DNA of 64,000 nt from Chrysomallon squamiferum (lineage: Eukaryota > Animalia > Mollusca), in assembly GCA_012295275.1 (NCBI GenBank), contig CM022671.1, positions 16,864,001-16,928,000 on the forward strand, read 5' to 3'. The position numbers were made by a program, and so were the translations under genes. Below are positions 13,801-27,757 of this stretch, piece by piece. Under the pieces are notes generated by a model. It searched no databases and was not told the origin of the DNA. It worked only from the letters and a program-made list of their open reading frames with translations. Positions within the stretch are counted from its first letter, which is position 1; each line of letters begins with the position of its first letter.

Positions 13801-16800
13801 AAACATATTGCTAACATTTAAGCTTAATATTCCTAAGAATTGTTAAGGAATAGAAATATTAACTGTATTTCCCAATAACTTCTTTTTCAGAGCAAACTAT
13901 CATTTAATTTAAATATACGTAATAATATCTGAATAAGAAATAAAGATATTAGATTGATGTGTGTGCATATGCACATGTGCACACACACACACACACACAC
14001 ACAACACACATGACAAAGAATATATATAAATAAACCACAACAATTCACAATCTGCAAATTATTATTATCATTTTTAATCTTTTATATTAGTGTCTCACAA
14101 TAATTAACTGGTTCTATAACCTGACTTAATCTATTGATAAATGTTAATTAGATGTTAACTGCATTGCAGATAAAATGTTAGTTAAAACGGAGGTCAGACA
14201 GAATATTAACAGACATTGTGAAATTCTTGTTGATAAGAATGTGGCAGTTTCTCAGACTGACCCACACTCAGCTGTTTGGCCAAATATTGATCACTTCGCA
14301 GATCAGAAAGTACAAATCTGTTATCCTTTGATTATATTCAATACCATTCTCCTTATTTTTCTCAACTGTGTACATAATCCAACATTATCAATAATAATCA
14401 TTTTAATAAATCTTCTATTTTTAATAATTCTGTTTTAATAAAGATGTATGTCTGTATGTGATAATAATAAACCAGAGTAGTAATATTTCATCATCCTTTT
14501 TTTCTTTCTTTTTTTTGGGCTAGAGATGGTAAATATATATATATATATAGGTCTCGTGTGGTTTTGACCTGAATACAGTCTATGTGACTGACAGGGAAAT
14601 GTGTGTTTGTGTCTGTCTTTCTGGGTCACAAACAAAGTGTTTTTGGTGTGGTAATAGCAAGACTTTCCAAAGCTTTTGTAACTGAGATGTATGTTTACTG
14701 TTAGTCACCGGTTTATTTTCTCTTTTTTTTTAAAACCTTTTTATATTTGTTTATTATTATGTTTGAAAAAAAAAAAAAGAAAAAAGTTTGACATTTGTTA
14801 TGATAAACAAAATATATATATATTGATTAAATGTAAATAAAAACACACCCCTTTTTTTGTATCTAAAGGTTATTTTTATGGATAAAATGATAATTTAAAT
14901 ACAATAAAAAAGAATATGTTGTTATAATAGTTAATATTTTAGTGTTAACAATAACAGACACACACACATCCAGACACACACCATATATAAGGTGTGTCAG
15001 TGCCTTAGAATTTCTTAACAATAGACAAATTCTGATTTATGTAAACATGCATACTGGTGTGTGTGTGTTTATATAACACAGTCAGCAATGATGACAAAGG
15101 AATGTGTCTTGTTAATTTTAACAATATATTTACAAACTGTTTAAAAAAACAAAGAACATATTTTGGAATTCAAATAATGTATATGTGTGAAGTTCAATGA
15201 TCTCTTATCATTCCATTTATAGAAGTTTTATCTGCCGTTTTCCCTAAGAATATACTGTCACGTTTTAAAAAGTTCTGAGAAAAGATAATTTATCTTAAAG
15301 TTCAGCTGTTCAAATTTTTATTGGAATGGTTAGTATATGCAACATGTAATATTCAGTGAACCTTTTTAATTTCTTTAATAATTTCTTGTATTAATGACAA
15401 TAGTATGCAGTTCTGAAAATATTGTTTTTAAAATTTAAACACCTGCCTTTAAAGTGTAACTAAAATGAAGGTAATATAAATATGTAATTTGTAACAAATA
15501 TGTTAATGATGAAAATATACAGTTTTTAGTAAACATTGTATTGTGAGATATATTGTATTATCCTCTGAAACTGAATATCTTTTAAGGAAACGTAGATATG
15601 AAATTGAATATCTTTTGAGGAAATGCAGATACTGGACATAATATACACGACATAATTTCAGCAACAAGTTTAAAATATCATTTTTAATCCCTCTCAAAAA
15701 ATATATTTAGCTGAAAATAATGTGCTCTATATGTAAATCTAATTTAATTTTATATTTAATTTTAAATTTTTTTTTTTTTTTTATTTCAATGCAGGTAATA
15801 TTAGACAGTATAATTTTAATAATGCAGCTAACATACACTGTATAATTTTAATAACATTAACAAAACTTTTTATGTAGCATTTTCCATCTGCAGTGTATTG
15901 TCTTACAATAGAAAATAATGTGCTGTCCAGTTAAAAAGAAATCTTATTTACTCTTTGATGTTTTAGATTCTCTACTGCAGATGATGAGAGATGTAATTAA
16001 TGATGAAAGAATGTCTGTTATTTTAATAACGTGTTGTTGTTCAGCAAACAAGCCTTGTTTTAAAGTTTTCTTTAATAATATTTATTTGTACTATGATACA
16101 AATGAACAGTGGACTTTAGTTACTTTAATACTACTTTCAGTATATCATTTTCCATAAGCATTATATTGTATTACAAATTAAAAAAAAAATGTTGTAACTA
16201 TAAAAGAAAACTATTTAAAGTTTTACCTTTTAGATATTTTTTTTTTGTAGATGATTATACAGGTGTATATGGTGTATACAGGTGTATATGGTGTATACAG
16301 GTATATATGGTAATGGATATTGGTAATTGTTAACATTAATTTTAATGTGTCATTAAGCATGTATTGCATTGGTGGAACTGGTAATAACGTGATGCTGAGA
16401 ATCAAGCAGTCGTAGACTTGTAGTCTAGGTCTAAGAATCTCTGGAGCAGGTAGCTGCTGGTAGCTGGTGATTGTGGGTTAATTAATGTGAGGTATGCAGT
16501 GCAAGAAGAGTTTGTTGTTCTTGCAGTTAAAATTTCTGCAGATGTTTGTTGTTAAGAGTTTCAGGGAAAGATTGAAGGAAGCTACTACTAGTCTGAAAAT
16601 TGATTTCTGCCTTGTTTTGTGCTTTTTTTTTTTTTTTAAAGATCTGATTTTTGTAAATAAACAGATTTTAATTTCTTTTTTTTTTTGTTTGTTTGTTTGT
16701 TTGTTTGTTTATTTATTTATTATTTGCCTGACATTTATTATTATTACTACTACAACTCCTTCTACTACTGCTACTATCATCATCATCATAATTTATTAAA

Positions 16801-18036
16801 AAAAAAAAAAAAAAAAAAAAATGGTTTTATTATTTATCTTCTTCTTATTATTTTTATTATTATTTTTTATTATTTTTTTTTATTTTGCTTACTGTGTTGA
16901 GTCATTATTACTATGCAGTATTTCAGGTGGTTGCTATTTTTTACAATATGAAGTGGTTATTGTCATGCTTGGTTAGTATCACAAACATTACCTTGTATTC
17001 TAATTTATCTACTTATAGACATACTTATATGTTCATAAATTCATTAATCTCAAACAAAAAAAAATTGTTTGAATACTGAAATAAGTCTGGGCTGAATTTT
17101 ATTAAGCTGACTTACTTGAAAATTAATAATGAAACTATTATTAGGAGATCATAAATGTATAACACAAACACACCCACACACACATACACACTATACACAC
17201 ACAACACATATTCAAACACAAATACACACACACACATAAATATATACATACGTACAAACATACAGACACAAATACATGGACATATAAACACTCGTATACA
17301 CACACACACACACACACACACAGACACACACACATCAAGACAATAGTGGCTACATATGCTATAACAGATAATTATGGGATTGAAGGAAATTTTGGCCTGT
17401 GTTTGTACATGACAGATGAAAGATGTTGACTGAACCAGCACATTATTTTATTAATTGTTATACTAATGTTCCTTTTATAAAAAATATCCAGTCTCCATTT
17501 TATCTGATTATTTTCAGTACACCCATCCAGTACAGTCAATGAAACTGTACATATTAAACAATTTATATTAAAAATATATCTAGAGTCGATAAAATCTCTA
17601 TTAAAAATAATAATAATGGAAGCAGGGCTTATGGTTCTGTTGTGTGCTTACAATGGTCTGTAACTAAATAATTAAGTATTTACAACACACAAGCAGTGTT
17701 GTTAATGGGAGTGGTAAAACAGTGTTGGAAATGTATGTCACCAATGTCTCATCAGTGCATTTGGAATTGTTACATTATAATAACAAAATATAATCAATAT
17801 AATCGTAGCATCATTGTTTTAATTCACTGTTTTAGCATATTTTGTATTTGAAGACTGCTTGAGTTTATGTTTTAAGTTGCATAGAAAGAAAGAATGAGAT
17901 ATAAAAAGGAAATGCAATGTGAAACATGTGTTAATTACTGTTTTATATCACTTTGTTTCTTAATCCATTGAAATTATTTATAATATCTTCATTTGTGAGA
18001 AAAATTTAAGTTCAACATTAAGCATAAATATTTAAG

Positions 18037-18074
<38 letters not shown>

Positions 18075-18157
18075 ATTAACTACTAGTTTTATGATTGTAT
18101 CTACTGATACTGTTATTACTAGAACTACTACTTCTACTACTGCTACTACTACTACTG

Positions 18158-18193
<36 letters not shown>

Positions 18194-21100
18194 GCCCTGT
18201 AAGTTTATTACAGTTTAAAATAAATATTTACATGCATCCACATAAATATTTTATATGAGAGAATATATTATGAAAGTTATATTTAGTACAAAAAGATCAA
18301 GATGGTAATAAAGAATAAATAAATCTAATATCTTGTTTATCTGGTTGCGAAAACAGTGATTCCTTTATGTGCCGTACGTCTGTGAGAAATGCAGTGCACA
18401 TGCACTAAATGAATAATTTGTTAACTGTTGATTTGATCAATTCACACCACGCAGATTTGGAAATCAGCTAAGACAGACAGACAGACAAATGGAATCTAGA
18501 TTTACAGTGAAAAAATACTGCTGAACATTAATATAATTTTTGGTTAATTTTCTTTAGAGATAGTAAATTCCTGTTTTTTTTTTTTTTCTTTATTTTTGGG
18601 GGTTGTTGTTGTTGTTATTTTGTGGGGTTGTGCTTTTTTTCCATAAAACAAATTGGTGAAATAATAGTAAAAATGATATTTTAATAATAATGATAGTTTA
18701 TCATGATGATGACAATAATAGCAAAATAACAAATATAATAATAATAATACGTTTTAGTATCAACAGTAGTAGTAGTAGCAGTAGTAATAGTAATAGTAAT
18801 AGTAGTACTACTACCAATAATAATAATATTAATAATAACAAAATTCAGACTGGCATACAAGAGAGTTTCAGAAAGGAGAATAATGACCATTTTGATCAAA
18901 CTATCTCAAAAAACTTTTTTTTTTTTGCCCTTGGGATAAAATATCATAAAATTCTCTCTCTGAGCTGGTGTCCAGGGTGAATGACCTTCAGCTGTAAAGA
19001 TTTTCTAGGTCACAATGTACTTTAAACAAAAATAAGATTTCTTCTCAAATCTCAAGCACGACATTGATTTTTTTTTTTTTATCGCTGCAGAATTCTATAT
19101 TTTTATTCTCTTTTCTTTTTGTAATCGATAACTTCAGTTTTCTAATTCAGCGAGGTCAATGTTTGATAATAGAATTTGATGTTGATATAGATAAGTTAAT
19201 CTGGTTTCTCCTTATAGCCGCCAAAAAGTCAAAAGCCTGCCCTTGTTAAATTATATCACAAAAGCAAACCAGATAAACTTTTATTATATGTCTGACAGTT
19301 GTTAAATTACAGTAAAAGCAGATTTTATTAAATTCATTTTATTTTATTTACTTATCTGTATTTAATTATGTTAATAAAAATAAATTAAAATTTACAGAAA
19401 TTTTTCTTACATATTTTGTGGAGAATTTTGAAAAATGTTTTAAAATGATTAAACAAACAATTTCTTTCTATTATGGATGAACCACGATAAAAAAAAAAAA
19501 TTAAACAAAAAAAATTCAAATGAAATTTATGTGTAAGTATAAACAATTATTGACAGAGTGTACTTTTTAATTATAAAGAGCATCTGTTGCATTTCATGTT
19601 ATTGAATATACATGCATAATACACGTAATAATTTACTTCGGTCAGAGAAAACAGCTGCAATATCACAGTATTTTTCATATAAAATTTCGCTTAGAAAAGA
19701 CAGCTACATTGATAAAGCAAGACATAATGTGTTGTTGGAATGTGAAATTATGTACTTCATTTTTTGGCAGAATCATGTAGCTTACTGGTTTATATATTAT
19801 GTGTTTAACAGATATAACATTTAACATCACTGTATTTTTCATATGAATTTTTCCTCAGAAAAGACAGCTATTTTGATACAGTCTGGTTGGAACATGAAAT
19901 TGTGTACTTCGTTTTTAGGGAAAATCATGCTACTGTCATTGGACATGATGTTTGATAATTATGAAAACATCAATATATTTTGCATATGAGTAATTTTTTT
20001 TTTCCTTAGAAAAGACAGCTTCTTTGATAACGATAGACTTAATGTCTGGTTGGAATGTGAAATTAGGTACATAATTTTTTAAGAATAAAAGAAACATGTT
20101 GCAATACCATTTGAATTCTTGATTTCAAATATAGTTATTTTGACAAAACTTAACTTAATGTCTGCATCACTGTATTTTTTATATGAATTTTTTCCTTAAA
20201 AAAGACAGCTTTTTTTTTTATAAAAGATAAATTTAATTGCTCAGTTGGGATGTGAAATTAGGTATATCATTTTTAATGACAATCATGCTACTACCATTTG
20301 ATTTGATCTTTGATAGATATAACAGTTATCATCACTATATTTTTGTATATAAAGTTTTCCTAAAAAAAGACAGCTACTTTGATAAAGCAATACTTGACAT
20401 CTGGTTGGAATCTGAAATAATTTTTATGGAGTATCATGTTGCTACTATTTTGTTGTTTCTGTATACACACTTTGGTTGTAAAAAGTGTTCACTGGATTTC
20501 ATTCAGCTGGCAGTAAAGTTGTTAGTTCAAACCTGTCTGCTGCACTCACTGATATTTTCAGTATGGCTGACACAGAAGAAAAAAAAAATGGCTGCAGAAA
20601 TGAGAAAAAATTTATCACTATATTTATATTTTTAATGTATTTAAACTTTTTGAATTTAAATTTTAAAAAAAAAACTTATTATTAAATTTAAAAAAAAAAA
20701 ATTATTTATTTTATTTTTTATTTATTTATTTATTTATTTTTTTGACATTTTGCTATGAGATTAAAAATGTTCAGTTAATCATTTATGCATGATTTCAAAA
20801 ATATGCTAAACACTTCTCTGAGCTGTGCATGTTGTCTGCTAAACAAAATGGCAATGAAATGATGAGTTCTGCAGAAGGTGAGATTATTTTTAATGATATC
20901 TGGGTTAAAAGTTCATGTTTAAGTGCAGTAACGTGATAATGATTTCTGCATAATCTTTAAACATATAAAGGTTTTTTTGAAAGTCAAATTTTTTTTTTTT
21001 TTTTTCCTTTTGATTCAATTATTACACAGAATAATTTATGAAAATATAAAAAAAATTCTTTTTTCTTTCTTTCTTTTTTTTTTTTTTTTTCTTTATAAAA

Positions 21101-21282
21101 CTTCCTGAGTGTCTTTGAATTATTAAAATAAAGAGAATGTTTTTTAATTTTTTTAATTTTGAAAAAATACTTAGCTATTGTAGTCGTCTTGTTAGTTATT
21201 ATTATTATTAATATTTTGTTATTATTGTTGTTGTTGCTGATTCTTAAACTAGATATGAAAATAAGAAAATGAGCTAGAAATG

Positions 21283-21375
<93 letters not shown>

Positions 21376-23153
21376 TACCTCATTTCATTTTGAAAACTAT
21401 TTGACTGCATTGTTTCTGAAATCCTGGATCAGAGCCTACAGTTGTGTCATTGTGAAAATATTTTTGTCTGTTCACTGTTTTTGTTTGTACATGTTTTATG
21501 TACTAACTTCCTTCTATCCTGCATTCCGTTTAGTTGCCATGTTCCCTAAATTCTGAATTCACATAAAAAGTATTTTACCAAACCATTTTATTTAAACATA
21601 AACTCTTGAAGTCACATTTCAAACCTACAATGGGTGCTAAATATTGTTGAATACAAAAAAAACAAAAGAAAACAAGTAAGAAATCAAGCCGTCTATTTTT
21701 CTCAGAATAATAAAATGTAATCAATAAAACAAAGAAATAAAAATTAAATTAAAAAGCAAAAAAAAAAAAAAAAAAAAAAAAAAGATAAACATTTGAAAAA
21801 ATAAAGAAGAAAATTACGTTTGTTGGAAACCTGCCAATATACTTCATGCATACTGATTTTTTATGTTTATTATTATTAAGTATTTTTTTTTCTGTGTGTG
21901 TGTGTTGTGTGTGTGTGTGTGATAATAATTTTTTTTTTTTTCCTTACAGATTTGGTCATGGATGTTTTCTGAACTGTCTAGAAAGTTTGTATCTGGTGAG
22001 CATAATTTTTATTAGTAGTAGTTTTTAAATACATTTTAAACAAAATTAATAATGATTAGAACTTATTTAAAATGTAACATGGATATTGGTGCCTATTTTA
22101 ATTTAAGTAATCTATTTCAATTAATTTCAGTTTTTTTTTATTTTTTTTACAAAAAAAAGAGAGATTATATTATGATAAAAGCTATAATTTCAAATGTGGC
22201 TAAATATTTTAAATAAACAATGCTTAAAAATGCCAACCACAGAGTATATACTATTGTAAGACCTTTTCATATGTTTGGGTTACTACCAAAATTACAGGAT
22301 ATGAGAAGTTCTGCTTTTTAGCATTATGGGAATTGTCTATATATTAATTTAGCCATACATGTTATATATATATATATATATTTATTTATTTATCTATTAT
22401 AAATAGAACCCAACAACTCTTATAAAAGGCCAAGTATAATTTTATTATACACATAGAGGTTATAAAACATTTTTTTTTTCCAAGTATATAGAAAGGGGAA
22501 AACATCTGTAGTATAAAATTGAGCTTACACAAATATATTTGTTATCAATAAAACAGTATATAATTGTATTTGTTATCAATAAAACAGTTCTCATAAAATG
22601 CCAAGTGTGATTATGGGAACTGCCTCTGTGTTAATCTGACCCACTCACTGGCTATTGACCAGAGTCAATTAGACTATATGTATTTGTATAACTTAGCAAA
22701 CACCTTTTGTCTGTCATTACCCTTTATTGTAATTTTTTTAATTTTTTTAAAATCATTTTGCTGTTTATCAGTTGTAGTCAAATGCCAGTCAATATTACTG
22801 GTTTTGTGTTTTTTAATGTTTGTTGTCATTGTAATTGTTATTGTTTTGCAGATGAGGGGGGGGTAAAATGGAAAGAAAAGAAAAAAAAGAATGTCATTTT
22901 ATGATGTAAAACATTAAAAAAAAAAAAATGTCATATTCTCAGTGCCATACAGAAAGTTTGTTAGGGGAATTCATTATCAAAAACTGTTTCAGAAAACAGT
23001 TGATTTTTAATTCAAAATATTCTGTAATGTTAATTAACCCATATTAAATAACCACCTATCCTAAGAGTCTTAAAATATGTATTTTCTAATATCATCATAC
23101 ACAGTATATAAATCAGTGATTCTTAATAGGGTAGCAATATCCTCTTAAGGTGC

Positions 23154-23211
<58 letters not shown>

Positions 23212-26030
23212 TATAGACAGCTATATATTTAAACATATAAGTGCTCTAACTTCATTGTGTAATACACCATACTTCTTTGAACTGTATAAAGTTCAATTTA
23301 GAAGGCACTGACCTTCAGATTTATTTGAAAATTTATTTGTGACTGCTTCGCATGGGTTTGACAATCAGTTTAGAAAAATAAATAAATAAATAAATAAATA
23401 AATAAATCAAACAAACAAACAAATAAAAATTTCAAATCAATTTTGCTTATTTGTTTCTTTGAAAATTCTGAAACATTTTTTTTTCATTATTTTTCTACAA
23501 TTATTAAATATCTTAATCCTAATTTTGGGTCAGAATGTTTGGCCTGTCAAGAAAATGAGATTAAGCTGATTAAGATTAACAGACTTGCACTAAATCATTT
23601 ATATCACACTTTTATATACAAGTAAATAATTGTAAAAGAAGCATTTATTATACTGGGTTAATTAATAATAATTGTAAAAGAAATAACCTTAAAAATTAGG
23701 AGTCATTTTCTGTGAATTATAATACAAAACTTCTGGATATTTATTATCAAATCCAGAAAATAATATTTTCCAAATGTTTAAAATGATATTTCTTCATTAT
23801 CATAAATGATCTAAAAGTATTTTAAAACAAATTTTCCACTGTCATTTTTTGCTGTCAAAGGTTACTGTAAATTTTCCATTAAAGTCTTGTCATATAAATA
23901 AAAAAAAGATCACATGTTAAAAAAAGTAATTCTTAAAATAAATCAAATGATTTTTGGCTTTGCTCAGTAATATTATTTAAAATTTTCCAGCTCTCAATTA
24001 TTATTTTCTTAAATATTTTATTGAAAGTTTAAGTTTCATATAGTAACAGCATTTAAAATTACATTAATAGTTAAATAATATTTCAGAAACTGAAATTAAA
24101 GAATGAAGCAGATTATTATTATTTTATTTTTTATTTTTTATTTTTTTATTTTTTATTTTTTACTTTTTACTTTTTACTTTTTTATATTGTTTATAATGGT
24201 ACAGATGTTTAACTAACAAGACACAATTTAAATAGCTTAAATTTGTTTTTTAATACCTTACTACTCTTTTCATGTTTTTATTAGTATTTTTCTTATAAAT
24301 TTTCAGAAAATAACTGGGTATGAATTAAAATACACAGCACTTATAGGTAAACCGAGTGAAATTACTTACCACCATGCAGATCACTTGTTGAGGCAACAAG
24401 CTTCACAGATGGGAATAAACGGCATCAAGACAATATACTGTATAGGGTGAGTGTTTGATCATTGTATAGTAGTAATGTTTATTATTTAAATAGCATCAAG
24501 ACAATATATTGTATAGGGTGAGTGTTTGATCATTATGTAGTAGTAATGTTTATTATTTAAATAGCATCAAGACAATATATTGTATAGGGTGAGTGTTTGA
24601 TCATTATGTAGTAGTAATGTTTATTATTTAAATAGCATTAAGACAATATATTGTATAGGGTGAGTGTTTGATCATTATGTAGTAGTAATGTTTATTATTT
24701 AAATAGCATCAAGACAATATATTGTATAGGGTGAGTGTTTGATCATTATGTAGTAGTAATGTTTATTATTTAAATAGCATCAAGACAATATATTGTATAG
24801 GGTGAGTGTTTGATCATTTCCATTTAGTAGTAGTAATGTTTATTATTTAAATAGCATTAAGACAATATACTGTATAGGGTGAGTGTTTGATCATTATGTA
24901 GTAGTAATGTTTATTATTTAAATAGCATCAAGACAATATATTGTATAGGGTGAGTGTTTGATCATTATGTAGTAGTAATCATTATTATTTAAATAGCATT
25001 AAGACATTATATTGTATAGGGTGAGTGTTTGATCATTATGTAGTAGTAATGTTTATTATTTAAATAGCATCAAGACAATATACTGTATAGGGTAAGGGTT
25101 TCACTACCATATTATCATCATCATTATATAGTAGTAATATTTATTTATTTAAACAGCATTAAGACAATATATTATATAGGGTAAATGTTCCACAAGCATG
25201 TTAATATTAATATTAATAATAATATTGTTATTATTATTATTATTATATAGTAGTACATTTACTTATTTAAATAGCATCAAGACAATATATTGTATAGGGT
25301 AAGTGTTTCACTACCATATTATTATTATTATTACAATTATTAGTAGTAATGTTTACTTATTTAAATGGCATTAAGGCAGTATATTGTATATGGTAAGTGT
25401 TAACTAAGTTATTATTATTATAATGTTTATTTATTAAAATGGCATTAAGACAATATATTGCATAGAGTGAGTGTTTAACTATAACTTATTGTTATTATTA
25501 TTATTAATATTGTTATTGTTATTATTAATATTGTTATTGTTATTATTATTAATATTGTTATTATGTAGCAGTAATGTTTACCTATTTAAATGGTATTAAG
25601 ACAATATATTGTATAGAGTGAGTGTTTAACTATAACTTATTGTTATTATTAATATTGTTATTGTTATGATTATGTAGCAGTAATGTTTACCTATTTAAAT
25701 GGCATTAAGACAATATATTGTATAGAGTGAGTGTTTAACTATAATTTATTGTTATTATTAATATTGTTATTGTTATGATTATGTAGCAGTAATGTTTACC
25801 TATTTAAATGGCATTAAGACAGTTTATTGTGTATGGTAAGTGTTAACTAAGATACTATTGTTATTGTTTTCTTATTTAAATGGCATTAAGACAATATATT
25901 GTTTAGGGTAAGTGTTTGATTACCACATTACTACTATTATTATTTTTATTATATAGTAGTAAAGTTGATTTATTTAAGTGGCATTAAGACACTATAGTGT
26001 ATAGGGTAAGTATTCACTGCCATATTGTTA

Positions 26031-26071
<41 letters not shown>

Positions 26072-27757
26072 TAGCTGTAAATATATATATAAATACAGTA
26101 GCACATTTTTGTTCATTAGAAACACAATAAATACACGACCCTTTTGAAACTGTATTAGGGCTAGCACGGAATATTCAGTACAGCTGTATAGTACTAGAAT
26201 AATGGTAATTTGTCACAACAGTCAAGCATAACTTGTGGTTTGAACCTTGGTACCAGACGGCTGTCACCAGATCATTCTGGGAAACAAAACCTGTAACAAC
26301 AGTGGCTCTGTGGGTGATAACTAATCCCGCTTATCAGAGGTATTCACGGCTTTTTGTGGGTTCAGCAGACCAAATCAACAATCATGACAGTAGTGACATT
26401 TTACCAGTAGAAGATTAAAAACATTCATCTGTCACTAGGAGTAATGTTTATTTTTTTAACATGGCCTTAATGCAATATATTGTATACACTAAATATTTCC
26501 CTATCTTAACATTATTGATAAAGGAGTAATAGTTTTTTTCTATCCACAAACATTAATTTTTGTTTATTTTTTTAATATTTGTTTTTTTTATTAACAATTA
26601 TCATTTTATATAACATTTTTTACCTTGTGCTTGTAGTATATTTCGCTGGCATTTGTATGAAAAGTTTTATACAATAGTTGGCAGATTAAACATCTTTTAT
26701 TATTTTTGTTGTTGTTGTTGTTGTTATTTTAATCTGAAACATTAAAGCAAAGAGTAGCAGTAATTTTATATTTTATTGATAACAAGGAATAGCAGACTTG
26801 CCCACAGGAACACTGGGAATTTTCTGATGGGTCCAAAAGTGATGGATGGTCCATTACTTTGCAAATAATAGAAGAATTTTTTTTTTTTTTATAGAATCTG
26901 AGAACATTTAAATTGGCTTCTTTGTTGGTATAATTTGTTTTTAAGTAGATAATAGATATCCTCACTTTCTTGTTTGATGTAACTATTTTGGGATTAACAT
27001 GGCCATTTTAACAAGATTTCCCAGTAACAATTTTTGGACCCCAATCTGATAACAAGTTATTTTATTTGAAATCTTTACTTGTAAAAATTTTATTGATATA
27101 CTTTAATTATTATAATCCACTGATCTCAGTATATTTATTTAAAAAAAAAAAAAAAAAAAATTGTGTATGTATGTCAACTTCTGTGTTTTTATTTATTTTA
27201 TTTTTTTTTATTAAGTGAATTGTTCTTTCCACAGCTATTCTCTTTAATGGAGATGGACCAAAATCTGTGTTTTTTTTTTTTTTTTCAAAAATATTTTACA
27301 TAATGTTATTTTCTTTTCATCTTGTAGAGACAATCCAGAAACTGATATATATGGTGCAAATCTGTATAACCGATATCTTCAAAAGAGGGCAAGATCTCAT
27401 CAAAAACAAGTGTCTTCCAGCTCGGTGCCAATACAGGCCATGGCAAGAGCCAGTGGTCAGCAGGTTGCAGATGTCTCTGCAGAGGCCGACGTGTCCGATG
27501 AGTGTGATGATGACGACATTGGAGATGTGGACATCAACAGCTATGGCGAAAACTTTGCCGAAAGGTGCGAGAGTATTTTAGTGTGCACTGGTGTTTACTG
27601 TACGGACAGGGATTTTGTGACTCTGGGAGGTAAAAGATCATCGAATCACAATCACAGAGACTTCGTCATTGATCCTGAGTTGAAAAAACCGAGATACGTC
27701 TCAACGAACATCCTGGAAGCTGTGAAGATGGTGTTTGAGAAAGAAGGATTCCATTGA
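4526..27757 (+). CDS. HDHD5: Haloacid dehalogenase-like hydrolase domain-containing 5 (CECR5 family, HAD IIA), about 455 aa
   Basis: Exons 4526-4651, 7072-7281, 8771-8974, 9793-9829, 10467-10641, 21950-21995, 24307-24446, 27328-27757; all GT-AG, phases consistent. Motifs FDIDGV, FVTNAG, NMDLLWMAE..PRFGHG, GKPSEITY, GDNPETDIYGAN, SILVCTGVY. The basic N-terminus resembles a mitochondrial presequence. Confidence 0.93.
6389..6618. repeat. Compound microsatellite (CA, CT, TATG, TATC)
   Basis: Adjacent simple repeat tracts in HDHD5 intron 1. Confidence 0.9.
13081..13365 (-). mobile_element. Decayed tRNA-derived SINE of the Meta-domain type
   Basis: AGAGGAAAC...ATGGCTACTTTT...AAGCAAGACATCTTTTTAATGTTTTTTCCCATAGACATAGCAACACATC resembles, from memory, the molluscan MetaSINE core read in reverse; a degenerate tRNA-like head lies at the right end. 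Confidence 0.5.
19660..20450 (+). repeat. Five diverged ~150-190 bp tandem units with exon-like cores in HDHD5 intron 5
   Basis: Each unit reads catcactgtattttt..atatgaatttttcctyAG-aaaagacagct...tggttggaatgtgaaatta-GTAC. Confidence 0.9.
21289..21372. repeat. (AG)n microsatellite
   Basis: Pure AG run. Confidence 0.95.
24422..26020 (+). repeat. Tandem array (71-bp core unit) made from the HDHD5 exon 7 end and its 5' splice site
   Basis: The exon end GCATCAAGACAATATACTGTATAGG|GTGAGT is followed by 18 intronic copies. Proximal copies are nearly identical at 71-bp spacing; distal copies are longer and more diverged. Confidence 0.95.

Noticed and set aside
14555-14635. Possible pre-miRNA hairpin in HDHD5 intron 5
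   Set aside because: Pairing is patchy and I could not match it to any conserved miRNA I recall.
15885-15984. 10-bp inverted repeat CATCTGCAGT/ACTGCAGATG as a snoRNA or miRNA stem
   Set aside because: No C/D boxes inside the stem and no extended pairing.
24422-26020. CRISPR-like regularly spaced repeat
   Set aside because: Eukaryotic intron; the intervening sequences are themselves repeated rather than unique spacers; no cas genes.
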